This document shows, one piece after another, positions 12,621 through 24,385 of a stretch of DNA of 64,000 nt (the first letter of the stretch is position 1; each line of letters starts with the position of its first letter). This stretch comes from Okamejei kenojei. Lineage: Eukaryota. The stretch is from the NCBI GenBank assembly GCA_035221665.1, contig CM069147.1, forward strand, positions 40,114,001-40,178,000, given 5' to 3'. The translations under genes were made by a program, and so were the position numbers. The notes below the pieces were generated by a model. The model worked only from the letters and a program-made list of their open reading frames with translations, did no database searches and was not told the DNA's origin.

Positions 12621-15600
12621 TCAAATTAAAATATTAACATTTTTATCAATAATACATTCGACCTCCTGCGGTGACCAGCGTTCACGGAAAGCCTCCACAG
12701 TCCCCGTGGACACCGCGTGTTCCCTCTCTAGGGACACGCGGGCACGGACGTAACCCTGGAAAAGGATTAGGCAGCCGACTGCTGTGCGGCCGTCGACCCG
12801 CCCGCTGCCTGGACCCGCGAAAGGCCATCTTGGCCAGGCCCAGGAGCAGACCAACAGGGAGACACTCTCCTCCCTCCCGACCCTCCCCCTCTTTACCGGG
12901 TGCCCAAAAATCAATAGCGTCGGACTAAAGTGGAGCCAAAACTTGAGGAGCAGCCCCTTCAGATACTCGAACAAGGGCTGCAACCTCTCACACTCCATGT
13001 AGATGTGGAACACGGTCTCTTCCTCGCCGCAGAAGTGACAGGCGGCGGACGAGTCCGTGACCCGGCTCAAGTACCTGTTACAGGCCACACGGCTTTGTGC
13101 AACACTCTCCACCCCAGGTCCCCGATGTAATGGGGGAGGACTCCCTTATAGAGAGACCTCCACTGAGGACCGCTCCCCTCGTCAGGTGGTAACACGGACC
13201 GCCAGGGCGTGTCTGGACGGAAGACGATGGCGAGGAAGTGGAGAGCGTGCAAGAGCAGCCTGTACAACACCGCCTCTCCGCATCACAGAACGGCACGCTG
13301 GGCATCTCGGAAAGGCGGCTCATGTTGCGTGGGGCCGGCTCTCGGGGAGGGACCCGGGCCATGGGTCCTATGAACAATTCCGATGGAGCGGGGGGGTAAA
13401 CTCATCCGGAATCGCTCCACGCACACGCCTCTGCCACAACACCCCCCTCCCCCTGGCTGAAGGTGACCAAATTCCTGGCCTTCAGGAGGTCACGGTAAAA
13501 GCCAGGCAACTCCCGCCGAGCGCGTCGACTCATACCCGCTACTGGGAGCTTTGAGCCCTCCTGAAGGCAGCGCCCCTGGCGGAAAAAGTACGTCGCCAGC
13601 ACGTGCCATTTAGGAGGGTAGTCTGAGTAGACGTATCTCCGCAGGGGTCCTTAGTCGGAGAGCCACCACCTGGGTACGAACACAGACCAGCGCCTGACCG
13701 CCCTCCTCCAACGGGAGACTCAGAACCCCCGCAGAGACCCAGTGGTTCCTCTCACCCCAGAAGAAGTTGACCAATCTCCTCTGTAACCTGATTATAAATA
13801 AAGAGGACGGGACCATAGTGGCCAGCCGGTACCACAGCATAGAGGCCACCAGCTGGTTTATAACTACAGCCCTGCCCCGGTAAGAGAGCACACCAAGGAG
13901 GCCTGACCAACGTCCCAGCCGGGCGACCACTTTCGCCTCCAGCTCCTGCCAGTTTGCCGGCCATGCCCCCTCAGTGGGACTCAGGTAGACCCCCAGATAG
14001 AGGAGGTGCGTGGTGCTCCTATGCAAAACCTGCCATCTCCTCCGGCAGGGAGTCCACCTCCCACTGACCCACCAAGGGACCAGAACATTTCCCCCAGTTG
14101 ATCTTGGCAGAGGATGCAGCCGAGAAAACCTGCTGGCACTCACGCATCCTCCGCAGGTCAACAGGGTCGGTGAACATCAAAATGACATCATCGGCGTAGG
14201 CCGAGAGAACCACCTCCATCCCCGGCCCCGGCACAACCAGGCCTGTCAACCGCCTCTGGAATGGCTCAATACAGATGGAATACAGCTGACCGGAATACAT
14301 GGGACATCCCTGACGAACCCCCCTCCCAAAGGGAATGGGGGCCAATAAAGAGCCGTTGACCTTAACAAGGCACTCTGCAGCAGTGTATAAAAGTCGGACC
14401 CAGGCCACAAAATGCGGTTCCAAATCCGAACGCCTGCCGAGTCCCAAGAAGGTATTCGTGCTCCACCCTGTCGAACGCCTTCTCCTGGTCGAGGGAGAGA
14501 TAGGTGACTGACTGTCCAGCCCCCTGGGACAGATGGATCAGGTCCCGGAGCAGATGGATATTGTCCTGGATGGACCGGCCCGGGACTGTGTAAGACTGGT
14601 CAGGGTGGATCACCTGGGACAGCACGGGACCCAGGCGATTCGCCAATGCCCGTGCAAAAACTTTATAGTCCGTGCTGAGGAGAGAGACTGGGCGCCAGTT
14701 CTTCAAAAGGCGGAGATCGCCCTTCTTAGGCAGCAGGACAACTACTGCCCTGCGCCATGAGAAGGGCATCTCCCCGGTCGCCAGGCTCTCCCCCAGGACC
14801 TTCATGTAGTCACCCCCCAGGATATCCCAGAAGGCTCTAAGGTACTCCACAGTCAGTCCATCCAGCCCTGGAGACTTGCCCCCCCTGAGCTGGTGCAAGG
14901 CACCAGTCAACTCTTCCAGAGTTAGGGGATCATCCAGGTGTTCAGCCACATCATTGCACACAGTGGGTAAGCCCTCCCACAGGACCTCTTGCGCCTCCGC
15001 ACTCGATGTGCCTGCCGAGAACAGAGTCCTGTAGAAAGACCGAAACGATGCACCAATGCTCTCTGGATCCGTGACAGAGGAGCCATCATCCGCAAGCAAC
15101 TCTACAAGCTGCCTGCGGGCTCCTCGCCCCTTCTCCAGAGAAAAGAAAAAGGGGGAGGCTCAGTCCAGATCGTGCAACATCTGGACTCGCGACCTCACAT
15201 ACGCGCCCCGGGACCTCCTAAGCTGCAAGTCCCTAAGTGCTCCCTTCTTCTCCTGATACTCCTCCCACTCACACAAAGCCCCACCACTCTGATCCAGACG
15301 AGCCTCTGAGTCGAGCAACTCCCTCTCAAGCCGTCCGATCTCGGAGTCCCGCCCCTTGGTTGACCCCCTCGCGTAGTCCTGACAAAACAGATGGACGTAG
15401 GCCTTCCCCACGTCCCACCACTGCCTTAGGGAAAGGAAACGCCCTTGTCTCTCTCTCCACCTCGCCCAGAACTGCCTGAAGGACTCCCAGAATCGGCGAT
15501 CCTCCAGCAGCTGGCTATTAAAATGCCAGTACGCGGACCCAGCCCGTGTGCGCGTCGGGATAAAATCCACTCGCACCAGGCAATGGTCCGAGCATGGCGC

Positions 15601-16201
15601 CGGCCGCACGGCCGCCGAAACACAGGAGACATAGGCCTTGGACACGTATAAACGGTCAATACGGGAACCAACCCCTCAAACCTGTACGAGAAGGCGCTAG
15701 AGTCAGGATGGAAATTCTGCCAGGCATCTACCAGCTCAAAAGAGTCCACCATCTCCCTTAAAGACTTTACTGCAGCCGGGTCACGCTGAACGCCAGAGCG
15801 ATCTCTCGCCTCGAGGGTACAATTAAAATCTCCCCCAAGGAAAACACACTCCCCACGGTCGATTTGGGGGCGTACACATTAATGAAGTGTAATGGCACGC
15901 CATCCAAACGCACGGCCAGATACAGCAAACGGCCCGGTACAATGTCCTGCACTTTGAGGATCTCCGGCTGGAAAGACGGGGCCAACAGGAAGGCCACTCC
16001 ACTCGAATTGGAGCTGCGATGGCTTGTGTAGACCCCCCCTTCCCACTCCAGGAGCCAGGTGGGTTCATCACTAGCCACAGTGTGTGTTTCCTGCAGGAAG
16101 CTCACCGCGTACCTCCCGTCCCTGAGCACTGAGAGATGGTGGTACCTACGGAGAGACCCCCTGCCCCCATTGATATTAAGGCTGGCTATAGTGAGCTTCA
16201 T
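12621..16201 (-). pseudogene. Tx1 ORF2: APE endonuclease, reverse transcriptase and C-terminal zinc finger, with several frameshifts
   Basis: MKLTIASLNING, FLQETH, SDHCLV, YWHFN, KSPGLDGL, NWRPVSLL, LSLDQEKAFDRV, GVRQGCP, SAYADD, CHFCGEEETVFHIYMECERL. Confidence 0.93.
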
Positions 16202-18365
16202 TGTGAGTGTACACTAGATCTTTTACCAGACCCTGGTGAAGGAGTGGAGCCGCCCCTAGCCTTCTGCCCTCTCTTTAGGGCCTTAAAAAGCTCTTGGAAC
16301 TGGCGCCGCTCATGTCATATTAGCCCCGCCTCATTCCCCTTCTTCTGAAGGATGGCATAAATGGACCGCATGGGCACCCTCAGGTCCGACCAGCGGTCGA
16401 CAGCCAAATCTACCTTGTTCCTACTCCCTCTAGTATCCTTTAAGAACTTCCGAAGTTCCCAGACTTCGACAAGTCGTGACACAGGGCCGCGGGTGGGGCA
16501 ATCCGTCAACGCACTGTCGACGGACTCCGCGTACCCCTCCTCCTCGCACTCAATGTCCGAGCCCGAGTCCGGAAGGTTGCTACTCTCAGCCACCTCGCTC
16601 ACCTCTCCTTGTGAGGTGGGCGTTCCAGCCACATCACACGGTCCCTCCTCTGTCACCTTCCCACCCCCAGGATCAGTGACAGGGGCAGGTACCGGTGCCT
16701 CTGACTGCGGCAAGCTATCTGCTAATTGGCCAGTCTCCTGCACTCTCCCACCGCCCTCTGTAACCGGATTGGGAACAGTGAAGTCGGAGCAAGTCTCCGG
16801 GCCTTGCTGTAAGCGGGCCTGTCTAGAGTCTGACCGAAGGACACGATCTGAAACGACCTTGCCCTCCTCTGCGCCCAGGCTACCCGCCCCAGCACCATCA
16901 CCCCGAGAGTCCCCTACCCCCACCACCAGGTGAATCACCTCACTGTGGCCCTCAGGGGCCGATGTTACTGGAGTCCCCCCTGCTCCCTCAACCAGTGGGG
17001 CATCACACCCCTCAACTGGGCTTATAGCCTCAACGGGGAGCTCAGACTGGGGACCCACCCCCTCACCCAAGTCCCCCCCTTCAGGCTGCCCCGGTCATCC
17101 TCTAAGCTAGCAGACGCGCTCTCTGGGGGAACAGCCCCCAAGGGTAAAGTATTGCCACTCTCAGGTGGTCGCTGCACTGCAGAGGCATCCCCCCCTCCTC
17201 AGAGGAAGCGTGCCCTGGGTCCCCCACCTCAACAGGAGGGGAAGGCCCCCCTTCAGGTTGCTCCTGAACTTCAGGGGCCCTTCTCTATATCAGGTTGCTC
17301 CTGAACTTCAGGGCCTTCTCTATACCCATGTCTCCTCCTCTTTGAACCACTGGCGTGCGGTGGCACAGTGATCTCCATTGCGGAAGCCTCTACCTCCACA
17401 CTACCGTCTACCTGTTCAACCTCTCCAGCCCCCCGTTGGACCCTAGGCCCCTTATGCTTCCCTGGGCCGGGCTCAGAGGCGAGCACGAGTTTATACGCTG
17501 CCAGGGGTCCCGCTTGGAGGTGATCTTCTTCCTGGGGACCGCCTTTCTTCTTTTTCTTGACTTTATTCCCCCGCTGACGCTCCCAACCCTCCCTGTCCAC
17601 CCCACGCACTTCACCGGCATCCACCGCCACAGGTACGGGACATGGGGGTGGTGGGGGGATGGGGGGTGGAGGTAGGGGAATAGAGCCTTCACGGGCTACA
17701 GTGGTAGAACCAGCAGCCCCAGATGGGCCAGCAGTGCTCTCCCGGGCCACCGTGGTGGAAGTGGCAGCCCGGGTCCTGGGACAATTCCTGCGAAAATGCC
17801 CCACCTTTTTGCAAGCGTGACAACGCACTTGGCCTGCGTTCCAGAACACGCGATAGGAGAAATCATCCACCTCCACATCAAAACTCCCCTCCGTGTCCGT
17901 CCCCTGTGACATCTGTATATACATGCGACGCTTGAACGTATATATATGCTGCATCTCAGGATCATCAAACCTATACAACAATTTGGTGAGCCCCGACCGC
18001 ACCTCCCCCAGCTTCCTTACATGTGGGAGCAGGAGCGCATCCGGAACAAAAGTGGGAACATTGGACAGAATGACCGGCAACACTGGACCCCCCCCATGGG
18101 TCCACCGCCGTGAAATTCCCACCCGCTCCTTTCCAGAGCCAGAGCCACCACCAGTCTTCAGTAGAACAACCTTCCCACTGACCACCGCGCCCGAGACTAT
18201 GGCTTTCTTGCCAACAGTCTCACCCAGCGCATCTAGAAAAGCCTTGAAGGGCAGGTTGCTCTGCATGTACATTTTTACCCAATGTGTGCGCCCCATCAAC
18301 TCATGGCCCTCAGTCTCAGAGACTGCCGACCGTGCGACAGCTGCATAACTCTGAGGGGTCGCCAT
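16198..18365 (-). pseudogene. Tx1 ORF1 (gag-like, CCHC zinc knuckle, long low-complexity C-terminus), disrupted
   Basis: MATPQSYAAVARSA from ATG 18365. Contains ILSNVPTFVPD and CHACKKVGHFRRNC. Continues in the 16315-17070 frame and past a premature TGA to a TGA at 16200-16198. Confidence 0.85.
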
Positions 18366-21300
18366 CTTTAGGGCGTGGCACAACACACAAAGTATCAATC
18401 CTTTTTAAATCAAAGCAGTCTTTCTGCTGTTGTTGCACCTCCACTCTTTCGCAACAGTTAATTAGTCTTGTGAAGGCTCGCTTGGCAAAGCAGTCTCCTC
18501 CTGATAAGCTAGGAATGTCCGTGCCAATCCTCCCGCCGTCAAAAATGGAGCTTCCGGAGGCTTCTTCCCCAGGTCTCCGTCGCCTCCCCGGCTTCAACGA
18601 AATCCAAGGCACTGTTGCCGTTCTTACCCAGCACACCTGGACCGGGCAAGTCGGTGTAGGAGGGAGCTTTCCGATGTTACTGACCACAAACACCGCTCCA
18701 GACTCAGCTCCCACCAGTTCAAGTGAATCTTGGCCTTCCGCCAGCCACTGCCGCTCCTACGACTTTCCAGATACACACAGACAATCCTTACTAATTAAAG
18801 GACTCTTTGAATAAAGAAAGCCTCTGCAGTCCCACAAAGCTCCGAACTGCAAATTCTGACTGCTTTTGTTCCTCCCTAACTTCCAAAAAGTTCATCAAAT
18901 CCTCCCTGCCAGCATCACAGCTCCTCTCCTGGCCCCGCTCTGGGAGTAGAAGTGGGGGCGGATCCGGACCGCAATGGCCGTGAGCCCCAGGCCGAGTTCG
19001 GCGATCGTTTGCCTGCTTCTGCTGCTGTTGAAGGTGAGACGTTGCGTCGGGCCAGGGTCTTGGGCCAGTCCCACTTTGGACGTCAGTTACACAACAGGCC
19101 ATTGGCGCGCAAAGATTTTGTTCACTACAAAAATTTCAGAGCCCTTTGCAATGTCGTGCACAACTACATACCCCTCCGCGCTTCTCAGTGGGACCGGCCC
19201 CGTGCGGCCATACGATGCCCGTGCGCCTCAACGCGACGAGGTCACGTAATTTGCGTGCCAAGGACACGTAAGTGGGACAGGCCCTTAAGTGCTGAGAGCT
19301 CTCTTATACCTGCATTAAGGTGGCAATTAAACACACCTGAGCAATTACAAACGCCTGTGAAGCCAAACATTATGGTGCCTTATAAACACAGCCGTAATTT
19401 CTACATGGTGAAACTAAAATGTATAAAAATGGCCTTTAATAAAATCTGACAATGTGCACTTTAAACACATGTGATTTTTTTCTGTTACAAATCTCAAATT
19501 GTGGAGTACAGAGGCAAATAAATAAATTATGGGTCTTTGTCCCAAACATTATGGAGGGCACTGTATACAGACTGCACTGCAGTCATTTTCTCAGGGTACT
19601 CGAGACAGAAAACCCCATATCCACAACCTCTACTGTCAAAAAGGAAAAGCTCAGTACAGCATAATCTCCAGCAGCAACCAACAATCTGCTACAGGACACA
19701 CAAAGTGCTGGAGTAACTCAGCGGGTCAGGCAGCATCTCTGGGAAAGATGGATATGTGATGTTTCATGCAAGGACCCTTCTTTGGTGCATCTATGGGGGA
19801 AAAGCAGTGGTCGCTGTTTCTGGTTGAAACTTTGCATAACAATCTCAACTTAATAAGTTGACCGTTCATTTCTACCCACAGATGCTACTTGACCCGCTGT
19901 GTTCCTCCATCTGACTGTTTGCTGCTCCAGATTTCAGCACTTGCTGTCTTTTGTCACCAACATCAGCAGGTTCCCCGGCAAGTTGAGTGCATTCTCAAAT
20001 GTAATACATGCCCTTCACTGCGACTTAGTTTAAATCAAGGAACACCCTATATAACAGCACTACGGGGGTGACTTCACCAGAAGGACTGCAGTGGTTCAAA
20101 GAAGCAGCTCAATGCCACCTTCTTAAGGATATCTCAGGATTAAATAGTTGTTGTGCTAGCAACATCCAGATTTCAGAAAATGATTTTTTAAATAGGTGGA
20201 ATTAGGCCAGTTTCATTTTTAGCACACCAAAATTATGGTGCTTTTATTGTCAAATGTGTAAAATGCAAATGCACAATGAAATTATTTTCTTACAAACAAT
20301 CCAGTAGAGTAACGCCATAACCCAACACATCCCCGATACAGAAATAGTCCACTGATCCCGCATGCAAGAGGCGCTATGTTTTGACGTCATTTTAAAGTCC
20401 AGTCCTCACTCTAGTGTTGTCGAGTTATAGGCAAGCCCCTAGACTGCCGCGGGACCTACAGCCGTCGCCATCACTTGGACATGTGGGTCAACCTACGAAC
20501 CAACATCCCTCTCCCCACCCGTTCCCGGGCACATTTCCCACAGCCAACCTCAAGGGCATGGTTGACCAGACCTCGGTTCCCTCTCATCTTCTACCGGCCT
20601 TTCTCCTCACCCATCTCGTCCGTCATCATCATCGGCTCCATCCGCCTGGTCTCGGGTCTTCGGGGGACGAGCAAAAATTGGCAACTAAAAGGCACCGATG
20701 ATATACTTTCTGAGCATAGGAGGGGAAGAGGGAGGTGATCCTTCGATATTGTGTCAGCATTGCACACAGCAGAAAATGGCTTGGTATTTAAATCTATATC
20801 ATTGCATTGTTTGAAATGTAAAGAAAAATAACAAATCTTGTTTGGTAACGAAATAAACAAGAAAATATATTTTAATTCAGCACTTTAATACAGTACTTGT
20901 ACTTTTATCAGCAACAAAATAATAAAAGATACATCAATCTGCAACATTTTTAAGCAATTTAACCGTATAACAAGTTTAAAATGCAATAATTTTTTTTAAC
21001 AAGATTCAATGCTTGCAAGTAAATAGGATCATCCTCATAAGTTTTATTCTTTTTTTATATAAAGGAAAATATGACTGAAAAATAGTTGCTAGCGCAGCGC
21101 AAGGTAACATTTTTGCATAACCATTAGGGGTGATTGTGTCATGGAGCTTCATGAGGTGGTCTTGTGTCAGGAAGGGGAGATTGTACTTTCAGTTGTGTAA
21201 TCCATTCTCTAGCTCTTTGTCTAAAAATGTGCTGGGAGTGCAGATTCATAAATAACCCTCTGTTTTCTAATGGATATCAACAATGAGCTGTAAGCCTGGA

Positions 21301-22942
21301 GGAAAACTTTGAGGGTTTTTTTGGTGAATAAGTGGTGCCATAACAGAATCCAACTGAAGCAGCTGCAAACATAATGAATTTCTCAAAGATTAGCCACATG
21401 ATGCTGGCAGCATGCAAAACATCAAGCAAGTCCCAGGCCCCTTTGTGATGAATACATGTTCTGACAATCCTTGTTCAGCAAGTGATAATTCACTCTGCAT
21501 CTTAATATATCCTCATAATTTCTAACTGACAAGGGAGTTTGGGAGAGGGTTTTATGGACAGGAGTTGTGCTTAATGCTCTACCACTAGTACTTGTTAGCG
21601 GCACAAAGCACCAAGATTTAGCTGCGCAGGGCATGGGATAAACAGGGACTTGGCTTAAATTCTTATGCTCTTCCTTATGCCAGCCTGAATTACTGGAACC
21701 ATCTTAAATTTATTGAGAGTTTTCCAATATTGCATGTATATACCATTAACATAGTTTAAACACTGTCAGGTGGAATATGTGCTTGTTTGGGCACTGTAGA
21801 GTGTATATTCTAATGCAACTGACTTCAAAGAAAATTTGGTTTGGTTTACAGAATTGCAGCCATCATCAAGCTCTGGGAAATAAAACTCAACCATGCATAA
21901 ATGAAAATATAATTGAATTAAAATTGAGGGCTGTTATATCACGTATAAAAGCAAATCCGGCCATTCTGCCTGGTAAATTGTGTATGAAGTAAAATGTTGC
22001 AGCATCTGAAAATGTTATATAATGCAGCAATGTGTAGGAATTTTCTAAGTCAAAACACTTAAAAAATCAAAATAAGCTAAGCTGTTTGGAGTGGAACGGT
22101 AGAATACCATTGCGTGTGAAATGTTCTGAAGTTGACTTGTCCAGAGGATTAAAAAATGTTTTTAATCAAAAGGCTTTGGCAAAATAAATTATAGATTAAT
22201 GCCATACTGTGGACTGTACGTTAATGCTTGGCAGATGAACAGTAGCAAGTCTGATATCATCTTATAAAATCATAAAGTAGGCTTCAGTGCAAAAACAATG
22301 CGTATTAGACATTTATTGGCACTGACAGGTAAAATCACTGCCAGAATATGACCCCATAAAAAAGCCATGATTAATAATGTAATAGCAGTCACCCAGCCCT
22401 GCTGGTCTCCAATGTAACTGAACCTGAGAATCACAGTGGCAGTAAATTCTGTAAAGTACAGGCCCTTGAGAAAGTGAGGTAAACCTTCACCTGCATATGC
22501 GCAGATCATCTGACATTCATTTTCACAATGTACCAGAATAATCTACTTATCTAATATTTTTGGAAGACCCTGCTGAATCAAAAATGCACCACAAAAATCC
22601 TACCTAAAAGCCACAGAAATGGCCAGACTGTAATCCAAACAGTTACACCACTACTTCTTTGGTGGTACACTGCAGCAACGAGCCAGCCAAAGCTTGTCGC
22701 AGGTCACTAGAATGTGCATCATCTGCAGTAAGAGCCACAACACTGTTTATCAGAGCTCTGAAAGCTGTCTGTCCCACACTGCTGAAAAATGATCTCTAAT
22801 GGTGGGCAGCGTTTCGGGAGAATCTGGGGTGAGTGAGGCAGGTGGCAAACTAAGGAAGCAAAGACTTTTGATGGAAACCTTTCTTAGAAATCGGTGGTAA
22901 ATGACCTCCTTTACTCTTCCTTAGGAACCCCAATCATCTTAT

Positions 22943-23240
22943 TTTAGTTTATTTTAGAGACCGTGCGGAAACAGGCCCTTCGGCCCACCGAGCTTGCACC
23001 GACCAGTGATCCCCGTAAACTAGCACTATCCTACACAATAGGGGCAATTTACAATTTTTATCAAAGCTAAATAACCTGCAAACCTGAACATCTTTAGAAT
23101 GTGGGAGGAAACCAGAGCACCCGGAGTAAGCCCACGCGGTCACAGAAAGACGGTACAAACTCCGTACAGACAGCATCTGTAGTCAGGATTGAACCCGGGT
23201 CTCTGGCGCTGAAAGCAGCAACTCTATCGCTGTGCCACTG
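22943..23240 (-). mobile_element. tRNA-derived V-SINE (HE1-like)
   Basis: Reverse copy of the SINE at 30459: B-box ggttcaatcc, V-domain ...tccgggtgctctggtttcctcccac, CR1-like tail gggccgaagggcctgtttcc. Confidence 0.85.
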
Positions 23241-24055
23241 TATCTGTAGTGGGGAAAAATCTTAGTTTTTCGTTGCTGTGTCTCCGTCTTCAATGATCTA
23301 AGGAGCTTGCAGGGAATTGGCTATCATCAGCATTGACCCTTTGAAATAGCTGTCCCTTTAAGCGGCAGATTGATGTCCTGCTTTTTATAAGATTGCAAGG
23401 GATTTTGTAACAACTACTGGTTATTTTTCTGGGTAATCCACCAGATTCCTAGCAGTGGTCCTGAGGGAGGTACAGTACATTCTGATATAAAGGGATCAGT
23501 CTTTGGTGCAAAATGGATGAAAATTGTTATATATGTAGACTGATGAAACTGTACAGTAAATAGACAATGTGACAGTAGAGGTAGATTCCATAATTTTAAT
23601 TTTATGGATTATAACTGACCAGGTCAGATGATAGAAATCGATGAAATGGACGTTGCTCTATCAAATATGACAACATTTAAGTCTTTCATTGTTATTGCTA
23701 ATAATCGTTTTGGTCGGACTGCAATGATGCATGGTGAAAGGGAAAGTAATTCTAATTAATGATTCAAAGCTCACTGGAGAGTGTTGGGGCTGGCTGGCTT
23801 TTTCTTGCCTAACTAACAGATAGTGGGGTAAGGAAGACGGGGAAAGGGGTAAAGTATAATACAGATCGAAAAGGCTTCCGTGATGGAATTGTCTGTTCCT
23901 GAGAAACATGTTCCCCAGAAGCAGTATGGAAAATGGTTAAATATAAAAGCCGTCATTCCAAGACACAATATAATCTTTGTGTCAACATTGCACCAGCCTG
24001 TAGAATGCACGGAACTTAATCAATAGGAACTACTTAAGGTTGATCACAAAAAAAG

Positions 24056-24385
24056 TCAGGAGGGGGTGGTAAAGTGCTGAGCAACCAGGAGATCAGTTAT
24101 GTTATGGCGGACTGAGCGGAGGTGTTCAGCGAAACGATTGCCGAGCCTGTGCTTGGACTCGCCGATGTACAGGAGTTGACACCTGGAACAGCGGATACAG
24201 TAGTTGAGGTTGGAGGAGGTGCAAGTGAACCTCTGTCTCACCTGAAAATAATGTCGGGGTCCTTGGATGGAGGCGAGGGGGGAGGTAAAGGGACATCCAG
24301 AGATGCTGCCTGTCCCACTGAGTTACTCCAGCGTTTTGTGTCTATCTTCAGTGTAAACCAGCATCTGTAGTTCCTTCCTACACAC
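24056..24385 (-). mobile_element. Penelope GIY-YIG endonuclease fragment joined to an inverted pLTR piece
   Basis: FTCTSSNLNYCIRCSRCQLLYIGESKHRLGNRFAEH...VAQHF. 24296-24385 is pLTR sequence in the opposite orientation. Confidence 0.88.

Larger units (their letters stand above)
12524..18929 (-). mobile_element. Full-length Tx1-clade non-LTR retrotransposon (~6.4 kb)
   Basis: Poly-A (T11 at 12524-12534) with AATAAA just upstream. TSD-like tggccccgcgc (12513-12523) and tggccccgctc (18930-18940). Contains a 5' UTR, ORF1 and ORF2. Confidence 0.92.
12176..19285. mobile_element. PIF/Harbinger-type MITE inserted in the Tc1, with a TAA target-site duplication
   Basis: ~65-bp TIRs agcccctgtcccacttacgtgtcc... 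and ...ggacacgtaagtgggacaggccct. TAA at 12173-12175 and 19286-19288. Removing the element rejoins the Tc1 as ggaaagac-TAA-gtgctgagagc. Confidence 0.85.
10817..19563 (-). mobile_element. Tc1-family DNA transposon (IR/DR type, ~200-bp TIRs), split by nested insertions
   Basis: The left TIR cagtgcccttcataatgtttgggacaaag... is the reverse complement of ...ctttgtcccaaacattatggagggcactg (ends 19563, followed by TA; the left flank is TG). An inner repeat of ccaaacattatgg occurs in both ends. Confidence 0.93.

Noticed and set aside
12671-19449. Numerous plus-strand ORFs of 60-190 aa
   Set aside because: Antisense shadows of the GC-rich Tx1 ORFs and MITE sequence, with no recognisable domains.
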